From positions 1 through 60,555 of the IMG/VR virus record IMGVR_UViG_3300024046_000019: 60,555 nt of DNA; one strand, written 5' to 3'. Shown here piece by piece: positions 36,254 through 45,597 of the stretch. Both the position numbers and the translations under genes were made by a program. Origin of the DNA: a virus. Taxonomy: Duplodnaviria > Caudoviricetes. The stretch's first letter is position 1; each line of letters begins with the position of its first letter. Below the pieces are notes generated by a model. That model was not told the origin of the DNA. It saw only the letters and a program-made list of their open reading frames with translations, and did not search any database.

Positions 36254-36694
36254 ATGCTGAGCTACACCGATCCGGCCGTCACAGTCTTGGAAGCCGATGC
36301 CTATGCCGCCCTGCGCGGCTGGACCAACTGGACCGGCCTCGGTCCGATCAAGAATGCCGCGATCATGCGCGGGCAGACCTATCTCGCCGGGCTCTACAAT
36401 GACCGTTGGGCCACGGAATGGGACAATGACGACGCCCCGGAAGCGGTGAAGAACGCCATCATCGAGGCCGCGCGCCGCGAGCTTGTCTCGCCCGGTTCGC
36501 TGTCCCCCGATTATGTCGCCTCCCGCGTCGTGACCCGTGAGCGCAAGAAGGTCGGCCCGCTGGAAAAGGAACTGGAATACGCCGAGGCGACCGGCGCGTC
36601 GTCGGTGCGGCCCGACATTGCCATTATCGACCAGCTGCTCGCCGGGCTGCTTGTGCAGTCCTTCGGCGGCTCTGTGCCTGCCCTGCGGTTCTGA
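36254..36694 (+). CDS. Head-tail connector (DnaT-like ssDNA-binding family annotation)
   Basis: EADAY..RG...PEAVKNA..E.A...RKKVGPLEKELEY. Confidence 0.75.
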   Translation: MLSYTDPAVTVLEADAYAALRGWTNWTGLGPIKNAAIMRGQTYLAGLYNDRWATEWDNDDAPEAVKNAIIEAARRELVSPGSLSPDYVASRVVTRERKKVGPLEKELEYAEATGASSVRPDIAIIDQLLAGLLVQSFGGSVPALRF

Positions 36695-36696
36695 CC

Positions 36697-37092
36697 ATGG
36701 CGGACAAATTCGACTATCTCGAAAGCCAGGCTGATGCGGCCGAACTGATCGAGGAATTCGGCCAAACGGGCGCTATCCCGCGCACAGTCGTCACGCCACC
36801 GGCCAACAACTGGGAAGAAGGCACGGAAACCACGACCTATTACGCGGTGACGTTGGTGCCGCTGCCGATCTCGGAAAAGAGGATCGACGGCACGCTCATT
36901 CTGGCTGGCGACAAGCAGGTGCTGATTTCAGCGCAGGGGCTCAGCATCAACATCGTTGCCGGTGACATTGTGATGTTCAACGGCTCGTTCTCGGGCTCGG
37001 TTTACACCGGCGAGGCGTGGACTATCAAAGACCCCGGCAAGCTCGATCCTTCTGGCATGACGGTGGTTTATGACGCGGTAGCGCGCAGATGA
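36697..37092 (+). CDS. Head-tail adaptor/closure protein
   Basis: AAELIEEFGQ...IDGTLILAGDKQV; position. Confidence 0.7.
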   Translation: MADKFDYLESQADAAELIEEFGQTGAIPRTVVTPPANNWEEGTETTTYYAVTLVPLPISEKRIDGTLILAGDKQVLISAQGLSINIVAGDIVMFNGSFSGSVYTGEAWTIKDPGKLDPSGMTVVYDAVARR

Positions 37093-37101
37093 GCCAGAAA
37101 C

Positions 37102-37254
37102 CTACTCCATCTGCCCGGCCATGACTTCCGTCACGAACGGTAGGTGTAGTTCGGGGATCTCGAACTTTGGGGTAAAAACCACGATCCCCAATATTATGAA
37201 GCACCACGCCTTGATGATTTTGGCGCGCCTTCGCTTCTGCGCGATGGTTCGCAT
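37102..37254 (-). CDS. Small (50 aa) single-TM protein, antisense moron
   Basis: GGGGA RBS; MRTIAQKRRRAKIIKAWCFIILGIVVF. Confidence 0.55.
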   Translation of the reverse strand: MRTIAQKRRRAKIIKAWCFIILGIVVFTPKFEIPELHLPFVTEVMAGQME

Positions 37255-37352
37255 GTTGTCCCCGAACGCTTTACGACAAAAGAACAGCAGTGACCAAGGG
37301 CCGGGGCAGACAAACCCTACCGCGCCAAGCAAGTCAATGATCGAGGCGCACT

Positions 37353-38420
37353 ATGCTTAAACGGTTGACCCCGCGTGACATTCTCGTGAACCTGGCGGCA
37401 GAATGGGAAGCCGAGCTCGCCCATGAATGGCTGGAGGCAATCAGGAGCATCACTAGCGCCGTAGTGTTGAAGGCGCTTATCGCAGAGCTAGAGCGCGGCA
37501 ATCTCGACCGGGCAATGGCGCTGCTTAATCTCGATGCTGACCGGTTCGCCCGGTTCGAGGGTGCGATCCTGCAGGCTTACAACGCCGGCGGCCAGGCCGT
37601 GGTGGGCTCGATGCCGATGCTGCGCGACCCATCAGGCAACCGCGTCCATTTTTCGTGGGGCGTCCGCAACACGCCGGCCGAGGCCGCACTGCGCCAGCAT
37701 GCCGCTGCACTTGTTGATGATCTGGTAGGCGAACAGCTTACCGTCGCCCGCCAGGTACTCACAGACGGCCTCTCTCGCGGCCAAAACCCACGCCAGACGG
37801 CCTTGGGATTGGTCGGCAAGATCAACCGCCGCAGCAAGCGCAGGGAAGGGGGAATTCTGGGCCTCACGCCGTCCAGCGTGCAGACGCTCGACAAGATCTA
37901 TGCTGGGCTTCGCAATGGCGATGCTCAGGCCATGCGGGATTATCTGGGCTACGCTCTGCGCGACAAGCGCTTCGACGGCCATGTGCGGCGCGCTCTGGAG
38001 CAGGGCGGCACGGTCCCGGCCGAAGCTGTTGACCGGATCGTCACAGCCTATTCCAACCGGGCCCTGAAATACCGCGCTGACAACTTGGCCCTGACCGAAA
38101 CGAATATCGCGCTGACCAAGGCGCAACGTGACGCTTTTCAGCAGCAGATCGATGCCGGCAAGCTCGAGGCCAGCGACGTGACCAAGACCTGGGGCCGCTC
38201 GATCTCGAAAGAGAAGCGTGCCGATCACCTCGCCATGGTGGGTCAGACGGTGCCGTTCGATCAGCCGTTCGTGCTGCCCGATGGAATTCAGTGCACCGGT
38301 CCGCATGACCCGAACCTGCCGGCACATCACCTGGTGGGCTGCAAATGCCCGAGCCCGGAGATAACCATCTCATTTGCCAAGCGTGCCGCACGTCTGGACC
38401 GCGAGGAAGGCTATGTCTAG
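37353..38420 (+). CDS. Minor head/morphogenesis protein (Mu F/gp7-like)
   Basis: GQNPRQTA, RADNLALTET, KTW...RADH...GQTV...P...CKC. Confidence 0.8.
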   Translation: MLKRLTPRDILVNLAAEWEAELAHEWLEAIRSITSAVVLKALIAELERGNLDRAMALLNLDADRFARFEGAILQAYNAGGQAVVGSMPMLRDPSGNRVHFSWGVRNTPAEAALRQHAAALVDDLVGEQLTVARQVLTDGLSRGQNPRQTALGLVGKINRRSKRREGGILGLTPSSVQTLDKIYAGLRNGDAQAMRDYLGYALRDKRFDGHVRRALEQGGTVPAEAVDRIVTAYSNRALKYRADNLALTETNIALTKAQRDAFQQQIDAGKLEASDVTKTWGRSISKEKRADHLAMVGQTVPFDQPFVLPDGIQCTGPHDPNLPAHHLVGCKCPSPEITISFAKRAARLDREEGYV

Positions 38421-38898
38421 CACCTTCAGCGCGACGGTGGGCGATTGGGTGAATCGGACGAAGCGCGGCATTGAGGCGGTGTTCGAGGAGGCCGCCCAAG
38501 ACTTCGTGAAAGAGTTGAACAGCGAGGTTACGCGGCTCGTCTATGACGCCCCGGTATCGGAGAGTGGCTACAGGCGCACCGGCTTTCTTCGGGCCTCTCT
38601 CGTCGCCTCCACAGAGGGCATGCCGCCGCTCAAGGACGGAGAGGACCGGGATTACGGCAAAGACGAGCACATGGGGCAGATCATCCTTGTCATCAATGAC
38701 ATGGACCCCGGCGCCGTCCTCTATCTCGGCTACACCTCGGCCTACGCGGCGAGAATGCACTTTGGCTACACGGGTCCGGACAGCCTAGGGCGAACATATG
38801 CCCAGACGCCCAAGCCCTGGGTGACGCTCTGCACGCAGCGCTGGCAGGAAATCGTCAATGTGGCCGCGCAGCGGGTAAAGCAGGAATACGGCCTATGA
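38413..38898 (+). CDS. HK97 gp10-like tail completion protein
   Basis: RTGFLRAS...YTSAYAARMHFG. Confidence 0.75.
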   Translation: MSSTFSATVGDWVNRTKRGIEAVFEEAAQDFVKELNSEVTRLVYDAPVSESGYRRTGFLRASLVASTEGMPPLKDGEDRDYGKDEHMGQIILVINDMDPGAVLYLGYTSAYAARMHFGYTGPDSLGRTYAQTPKPWVTLCTQRWQEIVNVAAQRVKQEYGL

Positions 38899-39317
38899 CC
38901 CCCACCATCGAAACCCGCATCCGAAAGGCCATCGAGGCGCGCGTTACCAGCCTGCCCATGGTCTCGACCTATCCAATCAAATGGACCGATGGCCCGGCAT
39001 ATGACCCGCAGGCCACCGACCGATATTTGCGCTGCACCTGGACGCCGAACCAAGCCAGCCGGGAGGGCAGGGTATCGAGCAGCCTGCCGGTTCTGCGCAT
39101 GGGTGTGCTGCAAATCGACGTGTTTTTGCCGAAGGCGCACCCCGTCGCTCTGGCCATCGAAACCGCCGGGCAGGTCGCGGCACATTTCCCGCTCGATCAC
39201 TGCATGCACTTTATGGGTGTTGGCGTCCGCGTGATGGAGCCGGCTTCGGTCGGCCCGACATTCATCGACACGCACATCCAAGTGCCTGTCACCATCCAGA
39301 CCAGCACCTACGCTTAG
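38895..39317 (+). CDS. Tail terminator (DUF4128-like)
   Basis: GVLQIDVFLP...AGQVAAHF; precedes the tail tube gene. Confidence 0.75.
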   Translation: MTPTIETRIRKAIEARVTSLPMVSTYPIKWTDGPAYDPQATDRYLRCTWTPNQASREGRVSSSLPVLRMGVLQIDVFLPKAHPVALAIETAGQVAAHFPLDHCMHFMGVGVRVMEPASVGPTFIDTHIQVPVTIQTSTYA

Positions 39318-39327
39318 GAGCCCCACC

Positions 39328-39519
39328 ATGGCCTGTCCTGATTGCGCCGCGCGCCGCCGCATGGCTCGCGATGCCCTGTTCAATGCCAGCGTGGCGGAAG
39401 CCCTTGGCCATGTCGTAACCGGCGCCGCTGAAGCCGTGGGGCTCAAGGAAAAGACCGGCGTAGCTGACGAGGCCGCCAAGGCCAAGAAACCCGCCCCGGC
39501 GAAGCGCAAAGGCGCCTAG
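39328..39519 (+). CDS. Small hypothetical protein
   Basis: AGGAG RBS; MACPDCAARR. Confidence 0.65.
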   Translation: MACPDCAARRRMARDALFNASVAEALGHVVTGAAEAVGLKEKTGVADEAAKAKKPAPAKRKGA

Positions 39520-39553
39520 CCCCACCATCCATTCCGGCGCTGTCCGGTCATTT

Positions 39554-39574
39554 GCCCGCTTCGGCGGGCTTTTT
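39554..39574 (+). terminator. Intrinsic terminator
   Basis: GCCCGC-TTCG-GCGGGC-TTTTT. Confidence 0.75.
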
Positions 39575-39595
39575 CATGCGCGCAGGAGATCACAC

Positions 39596-40312
39596 ATGGC
39601 GCCTCTACAGACCTATGCCGATACCAAGATGTTCATTGGCAGCAAGGCCCCCGACAAGCTCACCATCACCTCTGCCGACTTTGCCGGCGCTTCCTGGCTC
39701 GAGGTCAAGGGCCTCGCCACGCCGGGCGCCGTGGGCGATACCCAGGCCATCACCGAGCAGGAAGTGGTCAGCGAAAGCCGCATGCTCAAAGCCAAAGGCA
39801 TTCGTAATGCCGGCACGATGGAAAACCAGTTCGTGCCCATGCCGCTCGATCCTGGCCAGATCGCCCTGCAGGCTGCGATTGACGATGATTGCAATGCCTA
39901 CGAGTTCAAGGTCGAGTATGGCGCATCCTGCTCGCCGGAATCCACGGTCACAATCGAGAACGGCGCCGACGCCGATATCACGTGGGCCTCTCATGGCCTT
40001 GAGGCGGGCCAGCCGGTCATTTTCAGCACCACAGGCGAACTGCCGACCGGCCTGACCGCTGGCACGGTCTACTACGTTATCGCGTCGGGCCTCACCACGG
40101 ACACATTCAAGGTCTCGGCCACCAAGGGCGGGTCGGCCATCACCACCTCGTCGGCCGGCACCGGCACCCACACTGCCGACGCCCCTCCGGTTGGCAAGAC
40201 GCGTCTGTTCTACGCGCTGGCGCACAATGCCAATAACCCCGGCGGCGGGGCCTCGGCGGCCTTCCTGTTGAACACGTCCCTAGCCATCACGACGAACATC
40301 ATCACGATCTGA
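39596..40312 (+). CDS. Major tail (tube) protein with inserted beta domain
   Basis: KAKGIRNAG...DPGQIAL; insert HGL..G..V.F..TG.LPTGL.AGTVYYV. Confidence 0.82.
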   Translation: MAPLQTYADTKMFIGSKAPDKLTITSADFAGASWLEVKGLATPGAVGDTQAITEQEVVSESRMLKAKGIRNAGTMENQFVPMPLDPGQIALQAAIDDDCNAYEFKVEYGASCSPESTVTIENGADADITWASHGLEAGQPVIFSTTGELPTGLTAGTVYYVIASGLTTDTFKVSATKGGSAITTSSAGTGTHTADAPPVGKTRLFYALAHNANNPGGGASAAFLLNTSLAITTNIITI

Positions 40313-40393
40313 CGCCAGTACTCCGGCGTCCGATAGGCCGGTGGCAGGAAGTGGTTCGCCTTGCCATCGGCTTTTCTATCCTGAACTAGAACC

Positions 40394-40828
40394 ATGGAGA
40401 ACCAAATGTCCTTTGATCTTGAAAGCGCCTATCTCGACGTCGATGCCATTGATGCGGGCCGCTGGATTCCGCTCGGGGCCGATTTCCCTGGCGTTGAAAT
40501 CCTCGCATGCGGCCTGTCCTCGGAAGGCGCCAAAGAGCTTTACGACCGCCTGAGCCGTGAGGCGCCGCGCGAGGATCGCCATGCCAACGGCCTGCTGACC
40601 GATGATGCTACTGGCCAGATCATCCGCAAGGTCATTCTCGAGAAGTGCCTCAAGGACTGGCGTGGTTTCACCTCGGGCGGCAAGGCCGTGCCCTACGCCA
40701 AAAATACCGCCGAAGGGCTGCTGACCGAGCGCAAGGCCCGACTGATCGCCAACGCCTTCGTAACCGCCATCATGGCGATCGATGGAACGCGCATCACGGT
40801 CGATATCGAGGGCGTGGAAAAAAACTAA
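40394..40828 (+). CDS. Tail assembly chaperone (gpG-like)
   Basis: DWRGF motif; ends VEKN* on slippery A AAA AAC. Confidence 0.85.
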   Translation: MENQMSFDLESAYLDVDAIDAGRWIPLGADFPGVEILACGLSSEGAKELYDRLSREAPREDRHANGLLTDDATGQIIRKVILEKCLKDWRGFTSGGKAVPYAKNTAEGLLTERKARLIANAFVTAIMAIDGTRITVDIEGVEKN

Positions 40829-41148
40829 TCGAAGTCCTCGCGTGGCACCTGGATAATCCCGATGCTGGGGCTGTCCGGGCGCACTACGCGAGGGCGGGGG
40901 TTCAAATTCCAGATGGGCTCATTCCTCCGCCCGTCTGGTCCGGCTTCGAACAGTGGTTCAACGACTTCTGGGAGCTTGGCACCGAGCGTCTGGTGGACGG
41001 TGGGGCAATCCCCAAGAGCGCCATAGAGCGGCACGTTGCGGGATGGCCCAAGGCGGATGCGGCCCTGTTCTGGCGGCTCATTCGGATGCTCGACAACACG
41101 CTTCTTGAGCGCCGCGCGGCAGAGGTCAGGGCCAGAGCCCAACAATGA
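40818..41148 (+). CDS. -1 frameshift extension of the tail chaperone (gpGT-like)
   Basis: A7C slippery site at 40818-40825; the -1 frame is open to 41148 (FWELGTER...IPKSAI...IRMLD). Confidence 0.8.
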
Positions 41149-41159
41149 TGGAGATGTAA

Positions 41160-43601
41160 GTGGATTTTGCTACGCTTGGCGTCTTGGTCAAACGCGACGG
41201 CACAGTCGAGACGGTGCGCGACCTTGAAAAGCTTGTGCCGGCCGCCACCAAGGCTGAAAAGGCCGTCGAAGGGCTGAACCGCACTTCCCGCGACACGGCC
41301 GCCGCTGCCTATGCCAAGACCATTGATAGCGCCTCGAAGTCGCTTCGTGGCTTTGACGCGGTTGCGGCCAAAGCGGCGCAACAGGCCGCCTATGTTGCTG
41401 ACCAGATGTCCACCATCACGATGCATGATCTGCGCAGCGACGACATTGCCGCCTATGGCCGCGAATTGGACCAGCTTCGCGCGAAGTTCAATCCGTTGTT
41501 CGCCGCCAGCAAGCAGTACGAAATGTCGCTGGACGAGATCAACTATGCCCATCGGGTTGGAGCTATTTCAGCGCAGGAGCAGTCAGCAGCCATTGCGCGG
41601 CTCGACGCCCAATATGAAGCGGCGGCGCGGGCCGCGAACACACTCAGCACCGCCAACAGGTCGATGGCGGGCAGCTTCCACACCACGAACCTGATGTTTC
41701 AGGCGCAGGACATCGCCATGATGTCGATGATGGGTCAAGCGCCATTGGCCGTTGCGTTGCAGCAAGGCATGCAGGTCGGCGGCATCTTCCACCAGATCGG
41801 TAACGGCAGGCAGGTTGTCCAGGCGCTGGGCGGTGCGCTGACCGGGCTATTGAACCCGATCAACCTGGTTACCATCGGCGTGATCGCGCTTGGCGCTGCG
41901 GGCGTGCAGGCGTTCATGTCGTGGGTATCCAGCATGGGACCAGTCGAGCGATCCATGGAGGATCACCAGAAATGGCTGGGCGAAATCCTCAAGGGTTATG
42001 ACGACATCAACAAGGCGGTGAACGATTATCTCGACACTGCGACCCGCATGCCGGCATCCCTCCTGCGGATCGACATCGGCGAAGAAATGACCGCGGTGCA
42101 GACGCGGCTCGATGATCTGCGCACTGGCATCGAAAACTTCGGCCTGGCATATGGCTCGGCGCTGCCTTTTGGTCCATTCCAGCAGTTCAATCAAGATATT
42201 CAGATCCTCCAGCAGCTGAGGGACGAATATGTCGGCGGCGCCACGGATGCTGAAGCTTTTGCCCGGTCCCTGCGCTCGATCATGTCGAATAACGGCGTCT
42301 CGCCGTTTGTGCGCGAGCTGGCGCAGAACCTCTATGATATGGTGCGCGACGCAGCTGATGCGGAAGCCCAACTGGGCAGCCTGGAAATTGCCATGGACCG
42401 CGCCGGACAGGCGGCCCAGCTTGCGGCCCAGCGCACGCAAATGCTCAACGACACCTTTGCCCTTCTCGGCAACGGTGCCGGCCAACATGGCGGGTTGCAG
42501 AACGTCATGGACGAAGGCGTGGCGGCGCTCGACAGCTTGCGCCGCATGGTTCCCGAAATCCGCTCGACCAAGGAAATCGCGGGCGACCTGGTGCAGACCG
42601 TGCTCGACACCCTGCCGACCGGTGCGGCGCGTCAAGAAGCGGAAGCCCTGTTCAATACGATCATCGAGAACGAAGCGATCCTTACCGCCCGCCGCGAGGC
42701 GAACCGGTCGGCCGCTCGTGGGGGGCGGGATCGTGACCCATACGGGGACCTGACGCGCGGCGCCCACGAGTTCATCGCGGCCCAGCATATCGAGCAGCAA
42801 GCCCTCGGTATGACCGCCGAAGCTGCGGCCCGCCTCCGGTACGAGCAAGGCCTCCTCAACAAGGCGGCCAACGACAACATCGCGTTGACGCCTGCAATGC
42901 GGAACGAACTCGCCGGCCTTGCTACCCAGATGGCGGCCACGGAAGCTCAGACCAAAATGTTGACCCAGGCTGCCAATGACAACGCGGCGCTATGGTCCTC
43001 GGTGCAGGACGGCGTTTCCGGCGTGCTCAAGACGTGGGCTCGTGGCGGGGATATCCTCGACACGATCAAGAACAAGCTGTTCGATATCGCGGACATGCTC
43101 ATCGATATGGCGGTGCGCAATCTCTTTATGGGCGCATTCGGTGGAATGGGAGGCGGCGGGGGCGGCGGCCTACTCGGCGGCCTGATTATCCCTGGCATCC
43201 TTCACAGTGGCGGTGTTGCCGGGTCAGCCGGCTATGCGCATGACAGAGCCTTTCCATCTTCGCTTTGGAATGGGGCGCCTCGCTACCACAACGGCACCAT
43301 GGGCGCCGGGCTAGGGCCGAACGAAATCCCTGTCGTTCTCGAGCGCGGCGAAATCGTGCTGCCCGCCAATACCAACGTCGCGCGGCAGCGGGTGCAGATC
43401 GATGTATCCATCTCGGTGGACGAGAGCGGCAACATCGTCCCGCTGGTGCGACAGGTGTCCGGCGAGGAAGCAGATATTCGTGTGGCGCAAGCAGCGCCGG
43501 CCATCGCTGGTGCTGCGCGCGCGGGAGCCGCCAAGGACGCGCCGGGCGCGGTGGTGCGCTATCAGCAGCAGCGCGGCGGCTCTGACTATAGGACGATGTG
43601 A
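41160..43601 (+). CDS. Tail tape measure protein
   Basis: 813 aa Ala-rich helical; QAQDI...PL.VALQQG; C-terminal HSGG...PRYHNG...E.P.VLERGE. Confidence 0.92.
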   Translation: MDFATLGVLVKRDGTVETVRDLEKLVPAATKAEKAVEGLNRTSRDTAAAAYAKTIDSASKSLRGFDAVAAKAAQQAAYVADQMSTITMHDLRSDDIAAYGRELDQLRAKFNPLFAASKQYEMSLDEINYAHRVGAISAQEQSAAIARLDAQYEAAARAANTLSTANRSMAGSFHTTNLMFQAQDIAMMSMMGQAPLAVALQQGMQVGGIFHQIGNGRQVVQALGGALTGLLNPINLVTIGVIALGAAGVQAFMSWVSSMGPVERSMEDHQKWLGEILKGYDDINKAVNDYLDTATRMPASLLRIDIGEEMTAVQTRLDDLRTGIENFGLAYGSALPFGPFQQFNQDIQILQQLRDEYVGGATDAEAFARSLRSIMSNNGVSPFVRELAQNLYDMVRDAADAEAQLGSLEIAMDRAGQAAQLAAQRTQMLNDTFALLGNGAGQHGGLQNVMDEGVAALDSLRRMVPEIRSTKEIAGDLVQTVLDTLPTGAARQEAEALFNTIIENEAILTARREANRSAARGGRDRDPYGDLTRGAHEFIAAQHIEQQALGMTAEAAARLRYEQGLLNKAANDNIALTPAMRNELAGLATQMAATEAQTKMLTQAANDNAALWSSVQDGVSGVLKTWARGGDILDTIKNKLFDIADMLIDMAVRNLFMGAFGGMGGGGGGGLLGGLIIPGILHSGGVAGSAGYAHDRAFPSSLWNGAPRYHNGTMGAGLGPNEIPVVLERGEIVLPANTNVARQRVQIDVSISVDESGNIVPLVRQVSGEEADIRVAQAAPAIAGAARAGAAKDAPGAVVRYQQQRGGSDYRTM

Positions 43602-44329
43602 TGGCGGACATTGTTCACTGGCCCTACGACCTGTTGAGGCCCGAAAAGACCCGCATTGCATCGGCGCCATTCTCTCGCGTCGGCGGGCGTAGCCTCGGCG
43701 GCATCCAGCGGGCTGTTCGGACGGATCGGGGCTTCTGGCGCATCGGGCTCGAAAATGTGGGCCTGCGCTCTGCCGATATGCGCAGGACATGGAGCGCCAT
43801 TGATACGGCTCTGGCCGGCATGGCCGGGCTCGTGGCGGTGCCAGCGTGGTCGCACGATGTGGCGCCCTATGCCGATCCTGATTGCGGCCGCGTTGCGCCC
43901 CTGGTCGAGACGTCGCATGATGACGACACGCTATTCGAGGACGATGCGGCCTACGTGCAGGGTCAAATTGCCATGGAAATGGCCACCTTTGCGCCGCTCG
44001 GGGCAACGGTTGTGACCATTCGGATCATTGCCGGGGCGCCCGAGCCCTCCGGCATCCGGTTTTCATACCAGCATGCGCTTTATCGGACGGGTCGGATCAT
44101 CCAGCAGATGAGCGAGAATTCATGGCAGGTTGAGCTCGCCACAGCCGTGCGCATGGCCATTCCAGCGGGTGCATCGCTTGAAGCGGATCGCCCGACATGT
44201 CTGTGCCGCCTCGCGGCTGACGACGGCATGGCGCTAGACTTCTCCGGCTTCCGGCCAGACACAGCGAGCGTCGAGTTTGTCGAGGCTGTGGATTTCTGGA
44301 ACGACTTGGCGTTGGGGCTGGTGAACTGA
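43598..44329 (+). CDS. Distal tail protein-like
   Basis: Position immediately after the tape measure gene. Confidence 0.65.
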   Translation: MMADIVHWPYDLLRPEKTRIASAPFSRVGGRSLGGIQRAVRTDRGFWRIGLENVGLRSADMRRTWSAIDTALAGMAGLVAVPAWSHDVAPYADPDCGRVAPLVETSHDDDTLFEDDAAYVQGQIAMEMATFAPLGATVVTIRIIAGAPEPSGIRFSYQHALYRTGRIIQQMSENSWQVELATAVRMAIPAGASLEADRPTCLCRLAADDGMALDFSGFRPDTASVEFVEAVDFWNDLALGLVN

Positions 44330-44898
44330 TGGCTATCAAATCCATCCGCATCCTGATCCGCATGGGCTTTCCATCGAAGACCATTCGCCTCTGGGATGGC
44401 GCCGGCCCCTACATGGACGCCGATGGCGAAATCTGGTCGGGCTGCGCGCTCAATGAGGGCCTGGACCAGATCGAAAGCGCCATGAACGCCGAGGCGGCCA
44501 CTTTGACCCTGGGGCTATCCGGCATCGATCCTCGCTTCACCGATTTGGCTTATGAGGACATGGACGCGGGCGAAGTGATCGGCAGCAAGGTGCAGTTGCT
44601 CATCCAGCCATGCGACCAGTGGGACCAGCCGGTCGGCCCCGCCGAGGTGCGGTTCACCGGCACCATCGACAACATGCCATCCGACGAGACCGTGGCGGGC
44701 GATCAGATCGTCTCGTCCATCGCGCTCGAAATCACAAACCGGTTTGACCTGCGCACCCTGGTCAATGGCGCGGTGCTGTCGGACGTGGACCAGCGGGCAC
44801 GTTCGGCCATCCTCAACCCCGGCGCACCGAGTGACCGGTTCGCCGAGCGCATTCCGGGCCTCATCGACAAAACCATTGTCTGGCCCCGATACAGCTAG
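44329..44898 (+). CDS. Minor tail protein
   Basis: RLWDG.G...WSG...LSGID...DQ...P.DRF...VWP; position. Confidence 0.7.
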   Translation: MAIKSIRILIRMGFPSKTIRLWDGAGPYMDADGEIWSGCALNEGLDQIESAMNAEAATLTLGLSGIDPRFTDLAYEDMDAGEVIGSKVQLLIQPCDQWDQPVGPAEVRFTGTIDNMPSDETVAGDQIVSSIALEITNRFDLRTLVNGAVLSDVDQRARSAILNPGAPSDRFAERIPGLIDKTIVWPRYS

Positions 44899-44907
44899 GA
44901 CACCTTC

Positions 44908-45063
44908 ATGACCCAATACCAGTTGTGCTGGGCCGTGTTCGTCGCGGTCCTGGTGCCTCTCTTTTTGCGCCAGCCGGCCGATCCGATGTGGATCACTACG
45001 GCGCAGATCTCGCTGTGCTTTGCCATGGTGGCTAGGGCTGACCACAGGGTGCGCCATGGGTAA
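44908..45063 (+). CDS. Possible small hydrophobic protein (51 aa)
   Basis: AGGA RBS; MTQYQLCWAVFVAVLVPLFLR; below the ORF-track cutoff. Confidence 0.4.
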   Translation: MTQYQLCWAVFVAVLVPLFLRQPADPMWITTAQISLCFAMVARADHRVRHG

Positions 45064-45580
45064 CTGGACCCGCCACGACACCCGCGCGCTGATCGAGGCG
45101 GCGGAGGAACGGCCCATCATGGCCAAATGGGTGGTGCAGGCCATCCGGCGTCATCACGGCGAGCCGGGCCTTGTCGAGAAGATGGCGCGGCTGGGGGATT
45201 TTACGCTCACCGCGGCACCGCATGTCTGGGGTCAGTCCGATTGCTCGCTTATCATCGCCGATTGGGCCATGGTCAATGGTTATCCCGATGGTGCGGCCGA
45301 CCTCCGCGGCACCTATTCGACCGAAGCCGAGTGCAGGACGGTTCTGGCGGAGCGTGGCGGGCTTGTTGCCACGGTTGGGGCCTGCGCCTCGTCTATCGGC
45401 CTTACACCCCTCCACGAGCCGGAATTCGGCTGCATCGCGGTGATTGGCTCGGCCCATAACCCCGCCCGGCAATGGGCTGCGATTTGGAGCGGCTTTCGCT
45501 GGCTGGTGAAGTGGGGCGACGAACGCGCCGCTCGCTGGGTGCCCTTCGCCGCACCGGCGCTCACCATTTGGCGCATCTGA
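45056..45580 (+). CDS. NlpC/P60-like tail protein (DUF6950-like)
   Basis: WGQSDC...AD...RGTYST. Confidence 0.7.
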   Translation: MGNWTRHDTRALIEAAEERPIMAKWVVQAIRRHHGEPGLVEKMARLGDFTLTAAPHVWGQSDCSLIIADWAMVNGYPDGAADLRGTYSTEAECRTVLAERGGLVATVGACASSIGLTPLHEPEFGCIAVIGSAHNPARQWAAIWSGFRWLVKWGDERAARWVPFAAPALTIWRI

Positions 45581-45597
45581 CAATTTAGGACATTACC

